Source: the human T2T-CHM13v2.0 reference genome, Homo sapiens
Strand: one strand, 5' to 3'
Length of the DNA: 64,000 nucleotides
Assembly: GCF_009914755.1 (NCBI RefSeq)
Contig: NC_060929.1
Both the position numbers and the translations under genes were made by a program. Shown piece after piece: positions 51,301 to 63,300 of the stretch; position 1 is the stretch's first letter; each line of letters starts with the position of its first letter. The notes beneath the pieces are model-generated. The model was not told where the DNA came from, did no database searches, and worked only from the letters and a program-made list of their open reading frames with translations.

Positions 51301-54300
51301 TTAAGTCTGCACGTGGATATTTTGACCACTTAGAGGCCTTCGTTGGAAACGGGTTTTTTTCCTGTAAGGCTAGACAGAAGAATTCCCAGTAACTTCCTTG
51401 TGTTGTGTACATTCAACTCACAGAGTTGAACGTTCCCTTAGACAGAGCAGATTTGAAACACTCTTTTTGTGCAATTGGCAAGTGGAGATTTCAAGCGCTT
51501 TAAGGTCAATGGCAGAAAAGGAAATATCTTCGTTTCAAAACTAGACAGAATCATTCCCACAAACTGCGTTGTGATGTGTTCGTTCAACTCACAGAGTTTA
51601 ACATTTCTTTTCATAGAGCAGTTAGGAAACAGTCTGTTTGTAAATTCTGTAAGTGGATATTCTGACATCTTGTGGCCTTCGTTGGAAACGGGATATCTTC
51701 ACATTCTGCTAGACAGAAGAATTCTCAGAATCTTCCTTGTGTTGTGTGTATTCAACTCACAGAGTTGAACGATCCTTTACACAGAGCAGACTTGAAACAC
51801 TCTTTTTGTGGAATTTGCAAGTGGAGATTTCAGCCGCTTTGAGGTCAATGGTAGAAAAGGAAATCTCTTCGTATAAAAACTAGACAGAATGATTCTCAGA
51901 AACTCCTTTGTGATGTGTGCATTCAACTCACAGAGTTTAACCTTTCTTTTCATAGAGCCGTTAGGAAACACTCTGTTTGTAAGTCTGCAAGTGGATATTC
52001 AGACCTCTTTGAGGCCTTCGTTGGAAACGGGATTTCTTCATACTGTGCTAGACAGAAGAATTCTCAGTAACTTCCTTGTGTTGTGTGTATTCAACTCACA
52101 GAGTTGAACGATCCTTTACACAGAGCGGACTTGAAACACTCTTTTTGTGGAATTTGCAAGTGGAGATTTCAGCCGCGTTGAGGTCAATGGTAGAAAAGGA
52201 AATCTCTTCGTATAAAAACTAGACAGAATGATTCTCAGAAACTCCTTTGTGATGTGTGCGTTCAACTCACAGAGTTTAACCTTTCTTTTCATAGAGCAGT
52301 TAGGAAACACTCTGTTTGTAAAGTCTGCAAGTGGATATTCAGACCTCTTTGAGGCCTTCGTTGGAAACGGGTTTTTTTCATATAAGGCTAGACAGAAGAA
52401 TTCCCAGTAACTTCCATGTGTTGTGTGTGTTCAACTCACAGAGTTGAACTTTCATTTACACAGAGCAGTTTTGAAACACTCATTTTGTGGAATTTGCAAA
52501 TGGAGATTTCAAGCGCTTTGAGGCCAAAGGCAGAAAAGGAAATATCTTCGTATAAAAATTAGACAGATTCATTCTCAGAAACTGCTCTGCGATGTGTGCG
52601 TTCAACTCTCAGAGTTTAACTTTTCTTTTCATTCAGCAGTTTGGAAACACTCTGTTTGTAAAGTCTGCACGTGGATAATTTGACCACTTAGAGGTCTTCG
52701 TTGGAAACGGGTTTTTTTCATGTAAGGCTAGACAGAAGAATTCTCAGTAACTTCCTTGTGTTGTGTGTATTCAACTCACAGAGTTGAACGATCCTTTACA
52801 CAGAGCAGACTTGTAACACTGTTTTTGTGGAATTTGCAAGTGGAGATTTCATCCGCTTTGAAGTAAAAGGTAGAAAAGGAAATCTCTTCGTATAAAAACT
52901 AGACAGAATGATTCTCAGAAACTCCTTTGTGATGTGTGCGTTCAACTCACAGAGTTTAACCTTTCTTTTCATAGAGCAGTTAGGAAACACTCTGTTTGTA
53001 AACTCTGCAAGTGGATATTCAGACCTCTTTGAGGCCTTCGTTGGAAACGGGATTTCTTCATACTGTGCTAGACAGAAGAATTCTCAGTAACTTCCTTGTG
53101 TTGTGTGTATTCAACTCACAGATTTGAACGATCCTTTACACAGAGCGGACTTGAAACACTCTTTTTGTGGAATTTGCAAGTGGAGATTTCAGCCGCGTTG
53201 AGGTCAATGGTAGAAAAGGAAATATCTTCGTATAAAAACTAGACAGAATGATTCTCAGAAACTCCTTTGTGATGTGTGCGTTCAACTCACAGAGTTTAAC
53301 CTTTCTTTTCATAGAGCAGTTAGGAAACACTCTGTTTGTAAAGTCTGCAAGTGGATATTCAGACCTCTTTGAGGCCTTCGTTGGAAACGGGTTTTTTTCA
53401 TATAAGGCTAGACAGAAGAATTCCCAGTAACTTCCATGTGTTGTGTGTGTTCAACTCACAGAGTTGAACTTTCATTTACACAGAGCAGATTTGAAACACT
53501 CTTTTTGTGGAATTTGCAAATGGAGATTTCAAGCGCTTTGAGGCCAAAGGCAGAAAAGGAAATATCTTCGTATAAAAACTAGACAGAATCATTCTCAGAA
53601 ACTGCTCTGCGAAGTGTGCGTTCAACTCTCAGAGTTTAACTTATCTTTTCATTCAGCAGTTTGGAAACACTCTGTTTGTAAAGTCTGCACGTGGATAATT
53701 TGACCACTTAGAGGTCTTCGTTGGAAACGGGTTTTTTTCATGTAAGGCTAGACAGAAGAATTCTCAGTAACTTCCTTGTGTTGTGTACATTCAACTCACA
53801 GAGTTGAACGTTCCCTTAGACAGAGCAGATTAGAAACACTCTTTTTGTGCAATTGGCAAGTGGAGATTTCAAACGCTTTAAGGTCAATGGCAGAAAAGGA
53901 AATATCTTCGTTTCAAAACTAGACAGAATAATTCCCACAAACTGCGTTGTGATGTGTTCGTTCAACTCACAGAGTTTAACCTTTCTTTTCATAGAGCAGT
54001 TAGGAAACAGTCTGTTTGTAAATTCTGTAAGTGGATATTCTGACATCTTGTGGCCTTCGTTGGAAACGGGATTTCTTCACATTCTGCTAGACAGAAGAAT
54101 TCTCAGAATCTTCCTTGTGTTGTGTGTATTCAACTCACAGAGTTGAACGATCCTTTACACAGAGCAGACTTGAAACACTCTTTTTGTGCAATTTGCAAGT
54201 GGAGATTTCAACCGCTTTGAGGTCCATGGTAGAAAAGGAAATATCTTCGTATAAAAACTAGACAGAATGATTCTCAGAAACTTCTTTGTGATGTGTGCGT

Positions 54301-57300
54301 TCAACTCACAGAGTTTAACCTTTCTTTTCATAGAGCAGTTAGGAAACACTCTGTTTGTAAACTCTGCAAGTGGATATTAAGACCTCTTTGAGGCCTTCGT
54401 TGGAAACGGGATTTCTTCATACTGTGCTAGACAGAAGAATTCTCAGTAACTTCCTTGTGTTGTGTGTATTCAACTCACAGAGTTGAACGATCCTTTACAC
54501 AGAGCGGAATTGAAACACTCTTTTTGTGAAATTTGCAAGTGGAGATTTCAGCCGCGTTGAGGTCAATGGTAGAAAAGGAAATCTCGTCGTATAAAAACTA
54601 GACAGAATGATTCTCAGAAACTCCTTTGTGATGTGTGCGTTCAACTCACAGAGTTTAACCTTTCTTTTCATAGAGCAGTTAGGAAACACTCTGTTTGTAA
54701 AGTCTGCAAGTGGATATTCAGACCTCTTTGAGGCCTTCGTTGGAAACGGGTTTTTTTCATATAAGGCTAGACAGAAGAATTCCCAGTAACTTCCATGTGT
54801 TGTGTGTGTTCAACTCACAGAGTTGAACTTTCATTTACACAGAGCAGATTTGAAACACTCTTTTTGTGGAATTTGCAAATGGAGATTTCAAGCGCTTTGA
54901 GGCCAAAGGCAGAAAAGGAAATATCTTCGTATAAAAACTAGACAGAATCATTCTCAGAAACTGCTCTGCGATGTGTGCGTTCAACTCTCAGAGTTTAACT
55001 TATCTTTTCATTCAGCAGTTTGGAAACACTCTGTTTGTAAAGTCTGCACGTGGATAATTTGACCACTTAGAGGTCTTCGTTGGAAACGGGTTTTTTTCAT
55101 GTAAGGCTAGACAGAAGAATTCTCAGTAACTTCCTTGTGTTGTGTGTATTCAACTGACAGAGTTGAAGGATCCTTTACACAGAGCAGACTTGTAACACAC
55201 TTTTTGTGGAATTTGCAAGTGGAGATTTCAGCCGCTTTGAGGTCAATGGTAGAAAAGGAAATCTCTTCGTATAAAAACTAGACAGAATGATTCTCAGAAA
55301 CTCCTTTGTGATGTGTGCGTTCAACTCACAGAGTTTAACCTTTCTTTTCATAGAGCAGTTAGGAAACACTCTGTTTGTAAAGTCTGCAAGTGGATATTCA
55401 GACCTCTTTGAGGCCTTCGTTGGAAACGGGATTTCTTCATACTGTGCTAGACAGAAGAATTCTCAGTAACTTCCTTGTGTTGTGTGTATTCAACTCACAG
55501 AGTTGAACGATCCTTTACACAGAGCGGACTTGAAACACTCTTTTTGTGGAATTTGCAAGTGGAGATTTCAGCCGCGTTGAGGTCAATGGTAGAAAAGGAA
55601 ATATCTTCGTATAAAAACTAGACAGAATGATTCTCAGAAACTCCTTTGTGATGTGTGCGTTCAACTCACAGAGTTTAACCTTTCTTTTCATAGAGCAGTT
55701 AGGAAACACTCTGTTTGTAAAGTCTGCAAGTGGATATTCAGACCTCTTTGAGGCCTTCGTTGGAAACGGGTTTTTTTCATATAAGGCTAGACAGAAGAAT
55801 TCCCAGTAACTTCCATGTGTTGTGTGTGTTCAACTCACAGAGTTGAACTTTCATTTACACAGAGCAGATTTGAAACACTCTTTTTGTGGAATTTGCAAAT
55901 GGAGATTTCAAGCGCTTTGAGGCCAAAGGCAGAAAAGGAAATATCTTCGTATAAAAACTAGACAGAATCATTCTCAGAAACTGCTCTGCGATGTGTGCGT
56001 TCAACTCTCAGAGTTTAACTTTTCTTTTCATTCAGCAGTTTGGAAACACTCTGTTTGTAAAGTCTGCACGTGGATAATTTGACCACTTAGAGGTCTTCGT
56101 TGGAAACGGGTTTTTTTCATGTAAGGCTAGACAGAAGAATTCTCAGTAACTTCCTTGTGTTGTGTGTATTCAACTCACAGAGTTGAACGATCCTTTACAC
56201 AGAGCAGACTTGTAACACTCTTTTTGTGGAATTTGCAAGTGGAGATTTCAGCCGCTTTGAAGTCAAAGGTAGAAAAGGAAATATCTTCCTATAAACACTA
56301 GACAGAATGATTCTCAGAAACTCCTTTGTGATGTGTGCGTTCAACTCACAGAGTTTAACCTTTCTTTTCATAGAGCAGTTAGGAAACACTCTGTTTGTAA
56401 AGTCTGCAAGTGGATATTCAGACCTCTTTGAGGCCTTCGTTGGAAACGGGTTTTTTTCATATAAGGCTAGACAGAAGAATTCCCAGTAACTTCCTTGTGT
56501 TGTGTGTGTTCAACTCACAGAGTTGAACTTTCATTTACACAGAGCAGATTTGAAACACTCTTTTTGTGGAATTTGCAAGTGGAGATTTCAAGCGCTTTGA
56601 GGCCAAAAGCAGAAAAGGAAATATCTTCGTATAAAAACTAGACAGAATCATTCTCAGAAACTGCTCTGCGATGTGTGCGTTCAACTCTCAGAGTTTAACT
56701 TTTCTTTTCATTCAGCAGTTTGGAAACACTCTCTTTGTAAAGTCTGCACGTGGATATTTTGACCACTTAGAGGCATTCGTTGGAAACGGGTTTTTTTCCT
56801 GTAAGGCTAGACAGAAGATTTCCCAGTAACTTCCTTGTGTTGTGTACATTCAACTCACAGAGTTGAACGTTCCCTTAGACAGAGCAGATTTGAAACACTC
56901 TTTTTGTGCAATTGGCAAGTGGAGATTTCAAGCGCTTTAAGGTCAATGGCAGAAAAGGAAATATCTTCGTTTCAAAACTAGACAGAATCATTCCCACAAA
57001 CTGCGTTGTGATGTGTTCGTTCAACTCACAGAGTTTAACCTTTCTTTTCATAGAGCAGTTAGGAAACAGTCTGTTTGTAAATTCTGTAAGTGGATATTCT
57101 GACATCTTGTGGCCTTCGTTGGAAACGGGATTTCTTCACATTCTGCTAGACAGAAGAATTCTCAGAATCTTCCTTGTGTTGTGTGTATTCAACTCACAGA
57201 GTTGAACGATCCTTTACACAGAGCAGACTTGAAACACTCTTTTTGTGGAATTTGCAAGTGGAGATTTCAGCCGCTTTGAGGTCCATGGTAGAAAAGGAAA

Positions 57301-60300
57301 TCTCTTCGTATAAAAACTAGACAGAATGATTCTCAGAAACGCCTTTGTGATGTGTGTGTTCAACTCACAGAGTTTAACCTTTCTTTTCATAGAGCAGTTA
57401 GGAAACACTCTGTTGGTAAAGTCTGCAAGTGGATATTCAGACCTCTTTGAGGCCTTCGTTGGAAACGGGATTTCTTCATACTGTGCTAGACAGAAGAATT
57501 CTCAGAATCTTCCTTGTGTTGTGTGTATTCAACTCACAGAGTTGAACGATCCTTTACACAGAGCGGAATTGAAACACTCTTTTTGTGAAATTTGCAAGTG
57601 GAGATTTCAGCCGCGTTGAGGTCAATGGTAGAAAAGGAAATCTCTTCGTATAAAAACTAGACAGAATGATTCTCAGAAACTCCTTTGTGATGTGTGCGTT
57701 CAACTCACAGAGTTTAACCTTTCTTTTCATAGAGCAGTTAGGAAACACTCTGTTTGTAAAGTCTGCAAGTGGATATTCAGACCTCTTTGAGGTCTTCGTT
57801 GGAAACGGGTTTTTTTCATATAAGGCTAGACAGAAGAATTCCCAGTAACTTCCATGTGTTGTGTGTGTTCAACTCACAGAGTTGAACTTTCATTTACACA
57901 GAGCAGATTTGAAACACTCTTTTTGTGGAATTTGCAAATGGAGATTTCAAGCGCTTTGAGGCCAAAGGCAGAAAGGGAAATATCTTCGTCTAAAAACTAG
58001 ACAGAATCATTCTCAGAAACTGCTCTGCGATGTGTGCATTCAACTCTCAGAGTTTAACTTATCTTTTCATTCAGCAGTTTGGAAACACTCTGTTTGTAAA
58101 GTCTGCACGTGGATAATTTGACCACTTAGAGGTCTTCGTTGGAAACGGGTTTTTATCATGTAAGGCTAGACAGAAGAATTCTCAGTAACTTCCTTGTGTT
58201 GTGTGTATTCAACTGACAGAGTTGAAGGATCCTTTACACAGAGCAGACTTGTAACACACTTTTTGTGGAATTTGCAAGTGGAGATTTCAGCCGCTTTGAG
58301 GTCAATGGTAGAAAAGGAAATCTCTTCGTATAAAAACTAGACAGAATGATTCTCAGAAACTCCTTTGTGATGTGTGCGTTCAACTCACAGAGTTTAACCT
58401 TTCTTTTCATAGAGCAGTTAGGAAACACTCTGTTTGTAAAGTCTGCAAGTGGATATTCAGACCTCTTTGAGGCCTTCGTTGGAAACGGGTTTTTTTCATA
58501 TAAGGCTAGACAGAAGAATTCCCAGTAACTTCCATGTGTTGTGTGTGTTCAACTCACAGAGTTGAACTTTCATTTACACAGAGCAGATTTGAAACACTCT
58601 TTTTGTGGAATTTGCAAATGGAGATTTCAAGCGCTTTGAGGCCAAAGGCAGAAAAGGAAATATCTTCGTATAAAAACTAGACAGAATCATTCTCAGAAAC
58701 TGCTCTGCGATGTGTGCGTTCAACTCTCAGAGTTTAACTTTTCTTTTCATTCAGCAGTTTGGAAACACTCTGTTTGTAAAGTCTGCACGTGGATAATTTG
58801 ACCACTTAGAGGTCTTCGTTGGAAACGGGTTTTTTTCATGTAAGGCTAGACAGAAGAATTCTCAGTAACTTCCTTGTGTTGTGTGTATTCAACTCACAGA
58901 GTTGAACGATCCTTTACACAGAGCAGACTTGTAACACTCTTTTTGTGGAATTTGCAAGTGGAGATTTCAGCCGCTTTGAAGTCAAAGGTAGAAAAGGAAA
59001 TATCTTCCTATAAACACTAGACAGAATGATTCTCAGAAACTCCTTTGTGATGTGTGCGTTCAACTCACAGAGTTTAACCTTTCTTTTCATAGAGCAGTTA
59101 GGAAACACTCTGTTTGTAAAGTCTGCAAGTGGATATTCAGACCTCTTTGAGGCCTTCGTTGGAAACGGGTTTTTTTCATATAAGGCTAGACAGAAGAATT
59201 CCCAGTAACTTCCTTGTGTTGTGTGTGTTCAACTCACAGAGTTGAACTTTCATTTACACAGAGCAGATTTGAAACACTCTTTTTGTGGAATTTGCAAGTG
59301 GAGATTTCAAGCGCTTTGAGGCCAAAGGCAGAAAAGGAAATATCTTCGTATAAAAACTAGACAGAATCATTCTCAGAAACTGCTCTGCGATGTGTGCGTT
59401 CAACTCTCAGAGTTTAACTTTTCTTTTCATTCAGCAGTTTGGAAACACTCTCTTTGTAAAGTCTGCACGTGGATATTTTGACCACTTAGAGGCATTCGTT
59501 GGAAACGGGTTTTTTTCCTGTAAGGCTAGACAGAAGATTTCCCAGTAACTTCCTTGTGTTGTGTACATTCAACTCACAGAGTTGAACGTTCCCTTAGACA
59601 GAGCAGATTTGAAACACTCTTTTTGTGCAATTGGCAAGTGGAGATTTCAAGCACTTTAAGGTCAATGGCAGAAAAGGAAATATCTTCGTTTCAAAACTAG
59701 ACAGAATCATTCCCACAAACTGCGTTGTGATGTGTTCGTTCAACTCACAGAGTTTAACCTTTCTTTTCATAGAGCAGTTAGGAAACAGTCTGTTTGTAAA
59801 TTCTGTAAGTGGATATTCTGACATCTTGTGGCCTTCGTTGGAAACGGGATTTCTTCACATTCTGCTAGACAGAAGAATTCTCAGAATCTTCCTTGTGTTG
59901 TGTGTATTCAACTCACAGAGTTGAACGATCCTTTACACAGAGCAGACTTGAAACACTCTTTTTGTGGAATTTGCAAGTGGAGATTTCAGCCGCTTTGAGG
60001 TCCATGGTAGAAAAGGAAATATCTTCGTATAAAAACTAGACAGAATGATTCTCAGAAACTTCTTTGTGATGTGTGCGTTCAACTCACAGAGTTTAACCTT
60101 TCTTTTCATAGAGCAGTTAGGAAACACTCTGTTTGTAAACTCTGCAAGTGGATATTAAGACCTCTTTGAGGCCTTCGTTGGAAACGGGATTTCTTCATAC
60201 TGTGCTAGACAGAAGAATTCTCAGTAACTTCCTTGTGTTGTGTGTATTCAACTCACAGAGTTGAACGATCCTTTACACAGAGCGGACTTGAAACACTCTT

Positions 60301-63300
60301 TTTGTGGAATTTGCAAGTGGAGATTTCAGCCGCGTTGAGGTCAATGGTAGAAAAGGAAATCTCTTCGTATAAAAACTAGACAGAATGATTCTCAGAAACT
60401 CCTTTGTGATGTGTGCGTTCAACTCACAGAGTTTAACCTTTCTTTTCATAGAGCAGTTAGGAAACACTCTGTTTGTAAAGTCTGCAAGTGGATATTCAGA
60501 CCTCTTTGAGGCCTTCGTTGGAAACGGGTTTTTTTCATATAAGGCTAGACAGAAGAATTCCCAGTAACTTCCATGTGTTGTGTGTGTTCAACTCACAGAG
60601 TTGAACTTTCATTTACACAGAGCAGATTTGAAACACTCTTTTTGTGGAATTTGCAAATGGAGATTTCAAGCGCTTTGAGGCCAAAGGCAGAAAAGGAAAT
60701 ATCTTCGTATAAAAATTAGACAGATTCATTCTCAGAAACTGCTCTGCGATGTGTGCGTTCAACTCTCAGAGTTTAACTTTTCTTTTCATTCAGCAGTTTG
60801 GAAACACTCTGTTTGTAAAGTCTGCACGTGGATAATTTGACCACTTAGAGGTCTTCGTTGGAAACGGGTTTTTTTCATGTAAGGCTAGACAGAAGAATTC
60901 TCAGTAACTTCCTTGTGTTGTGTGTATTCAACTCACAGAGTTGAACGATCCTTTACACAGAGCAGACTTGTAACACTCTTTTTGTGGAATTTGCAAGTGG
61001 AGATTTCATCCGCTTTGAAGTAAAAGGTAGAAAAGGAAATCTCTTCGTATAAAAACTAGACAGAATGATTCTCAGAAACTCCTTTGTGATGTGTGCGTTC
61101 AACTCACAGAGTTTAACCTTTCTTTTCATAGAGCAGTTAGGAAACACTCTGTTTGTAAACTCTGCAAGTGGATATTCAGACCTCTTTGAGGCCTTCGTTG
61201 GAAACGGGATTTCTTCATACTGTGCTAGACAGAAGAATTCTCAGTAACTTCCTTGTGTTGTGTGTATTCAACTCACAGATTTGAACGATCCTTTACACAG
61301 AGCGGACTTGAAACACTCTTTTTGTGGAATTTGCAAGTGGAGATTTCAGCCGCGTTGAGGTCAATGGTAGAAAAGGAAATATCTTCGTATAAAAACTAGA
61401 CAGAATGATTCTCAGAAACTCCTTTGTGATGTGTGCGTTCAACTCACAGAGTTTAACCTTTCTTTTCATAGAGCAGTTAGGAAACACTCTGTTTGTAAAG
61501 TCTGCAAGTGGATATTCAGACCTCTTTGAGGCCTTCGTTGGAAACGGGTTTTTTTCATATAAGGCTAGGCAGAAGAATTCCCAGTAACTTCCATGTGTTG
61601 TGTGTGTTCAACTCACAGAGTTGAACTTTCATTTACACAGAGCAGATTTGAAACACTCTTTTTGTGGAATTTGCAAATGGAGATTTCAAGCGCTTTGAGG
61701 CCAAAGGCAGAAAAGGAAATATCTTCGTATAAAAACTAGACAGAATCATTCTCAGAAACTGCTCTGCGAAGTGTGCGTTCAACTCTCAGAGTTTAACTTA
61801 TCTTTTCATTCAGCAGTTTGGAAACACTCTGTTTGTAAAGTCTGCACGTGGATAATTTGACCACTTAGAGGTCTTCGTTGGAAACGGGTTTTTTTCATGT
61901 AAGGCTAGACAGAAGAATTCTCAGTAACTTCCTTGTGTTGTGTACATTCAACTCACAGAGTTGAACGTTCCCTTAGACAGAGCAGATTAGAAACACTCTT
62001 TTTGTGCAATTGGCAAGTGGAGATTTCAAACGCTTTAAGGTCAATGGCAGAAAAGGAAATATCTTCGTTTCAAAACTAGACAGAATAATTCCCACAAACT
62101 GCGTTGTGATGTGTTCGTTCAACTCACAGAGTTTAACCTTTCTTTTCATAGAGCAGTTAGGAAACAGTCTGTTTGTAAATTCTGTAAGTGGATATTCTGA
62201 CATCTTGTGGCCTTCGTTGGAAACGGGATTTCTTCACATTCTGCTAGACAGAAGAATTCTCAGAATCTTCCTTGTGTTGTGTGTATTCAACTCACAGAGT
62301 TGAACGATCCTTTACACAGAGCAGACTTGAAACACTCTTTTTGTGCAATTTGCAAGTGGAGATTTCAACCGCTTTGAGGTCCATGGTAGAAAAGGAAATA
62401 TCTTCGTATAAAAACTAGACAGAATGATTCTCAGAAACTTCTTTGTGATGTGTGCGTTCAACTCACAGAGTTTAACCTTTCTTTTCATAGAGCAGTTAGG
62501 AAACACTCTGTTTGTAAACTCTGCAAGTGGATATTAAGTCCTCTTTGAGGCCTTCGTTGGAAACGGGATTTCTTCATACTGTGCTAGACAGAAGAATTCT
62601 CAGTAACTTCCTTGTGTTGTGTGTATTCAACTCACAGAGTTGAACGATCCTTTACACAGAGCGGAATTGAAACACTCTTTTTGTGAAATTTGCAAGTGGA
62701 GATTTCAGCCGCGTTGAGGTCAATGGTAGAAAAGGAAATCTCGTCGTATAAAAACTAGACAGAATGATTCTCAGAAACTCCTTTGTGATGTGTGCGTTCA
62801 ACTCACAGAGTTTAACCTTTCTTTTCATAGAGCAGTTAGGAAACACTCTGTTTGTAATGTCTGCAAGTGGATATTCAGACCTCTTTGAGGCCTTCGTTGG
62901 AAACGGGTTTTTTTCATATAAGGCTAGACAGAAGAATTCCCAGTAACTTCCATGTGTTGTGTGTGTTCAACTCACAGAGTTGAACTTTCATTTACACAGA
63001 GCAGATTTGAAACACTCTTTTTGTGGAATTTGCAAATGGAGATTTCAAGCGCTTTGAGGCCAAAGGCAGAAAAGGAAATATCTTCGTATAAAAACTAGAC
63101 AGAATCATTCTCAGAAACTGCTCTGCGATGTGTGCGTTCAACTCTCAGAGTTTAACTTATCTTTTCATTCAGCAGTTTGGAAACACTCTGTTTGTAAAGT
63201 CTGCACGTGGATAATTTGACCACTTAGAGGTCTTCGTTGGAAACGGGTTTTTTTCATGTAAGGCTAGACAGAAGAATTCTCAGTAACTTCCTTGTGTTGT

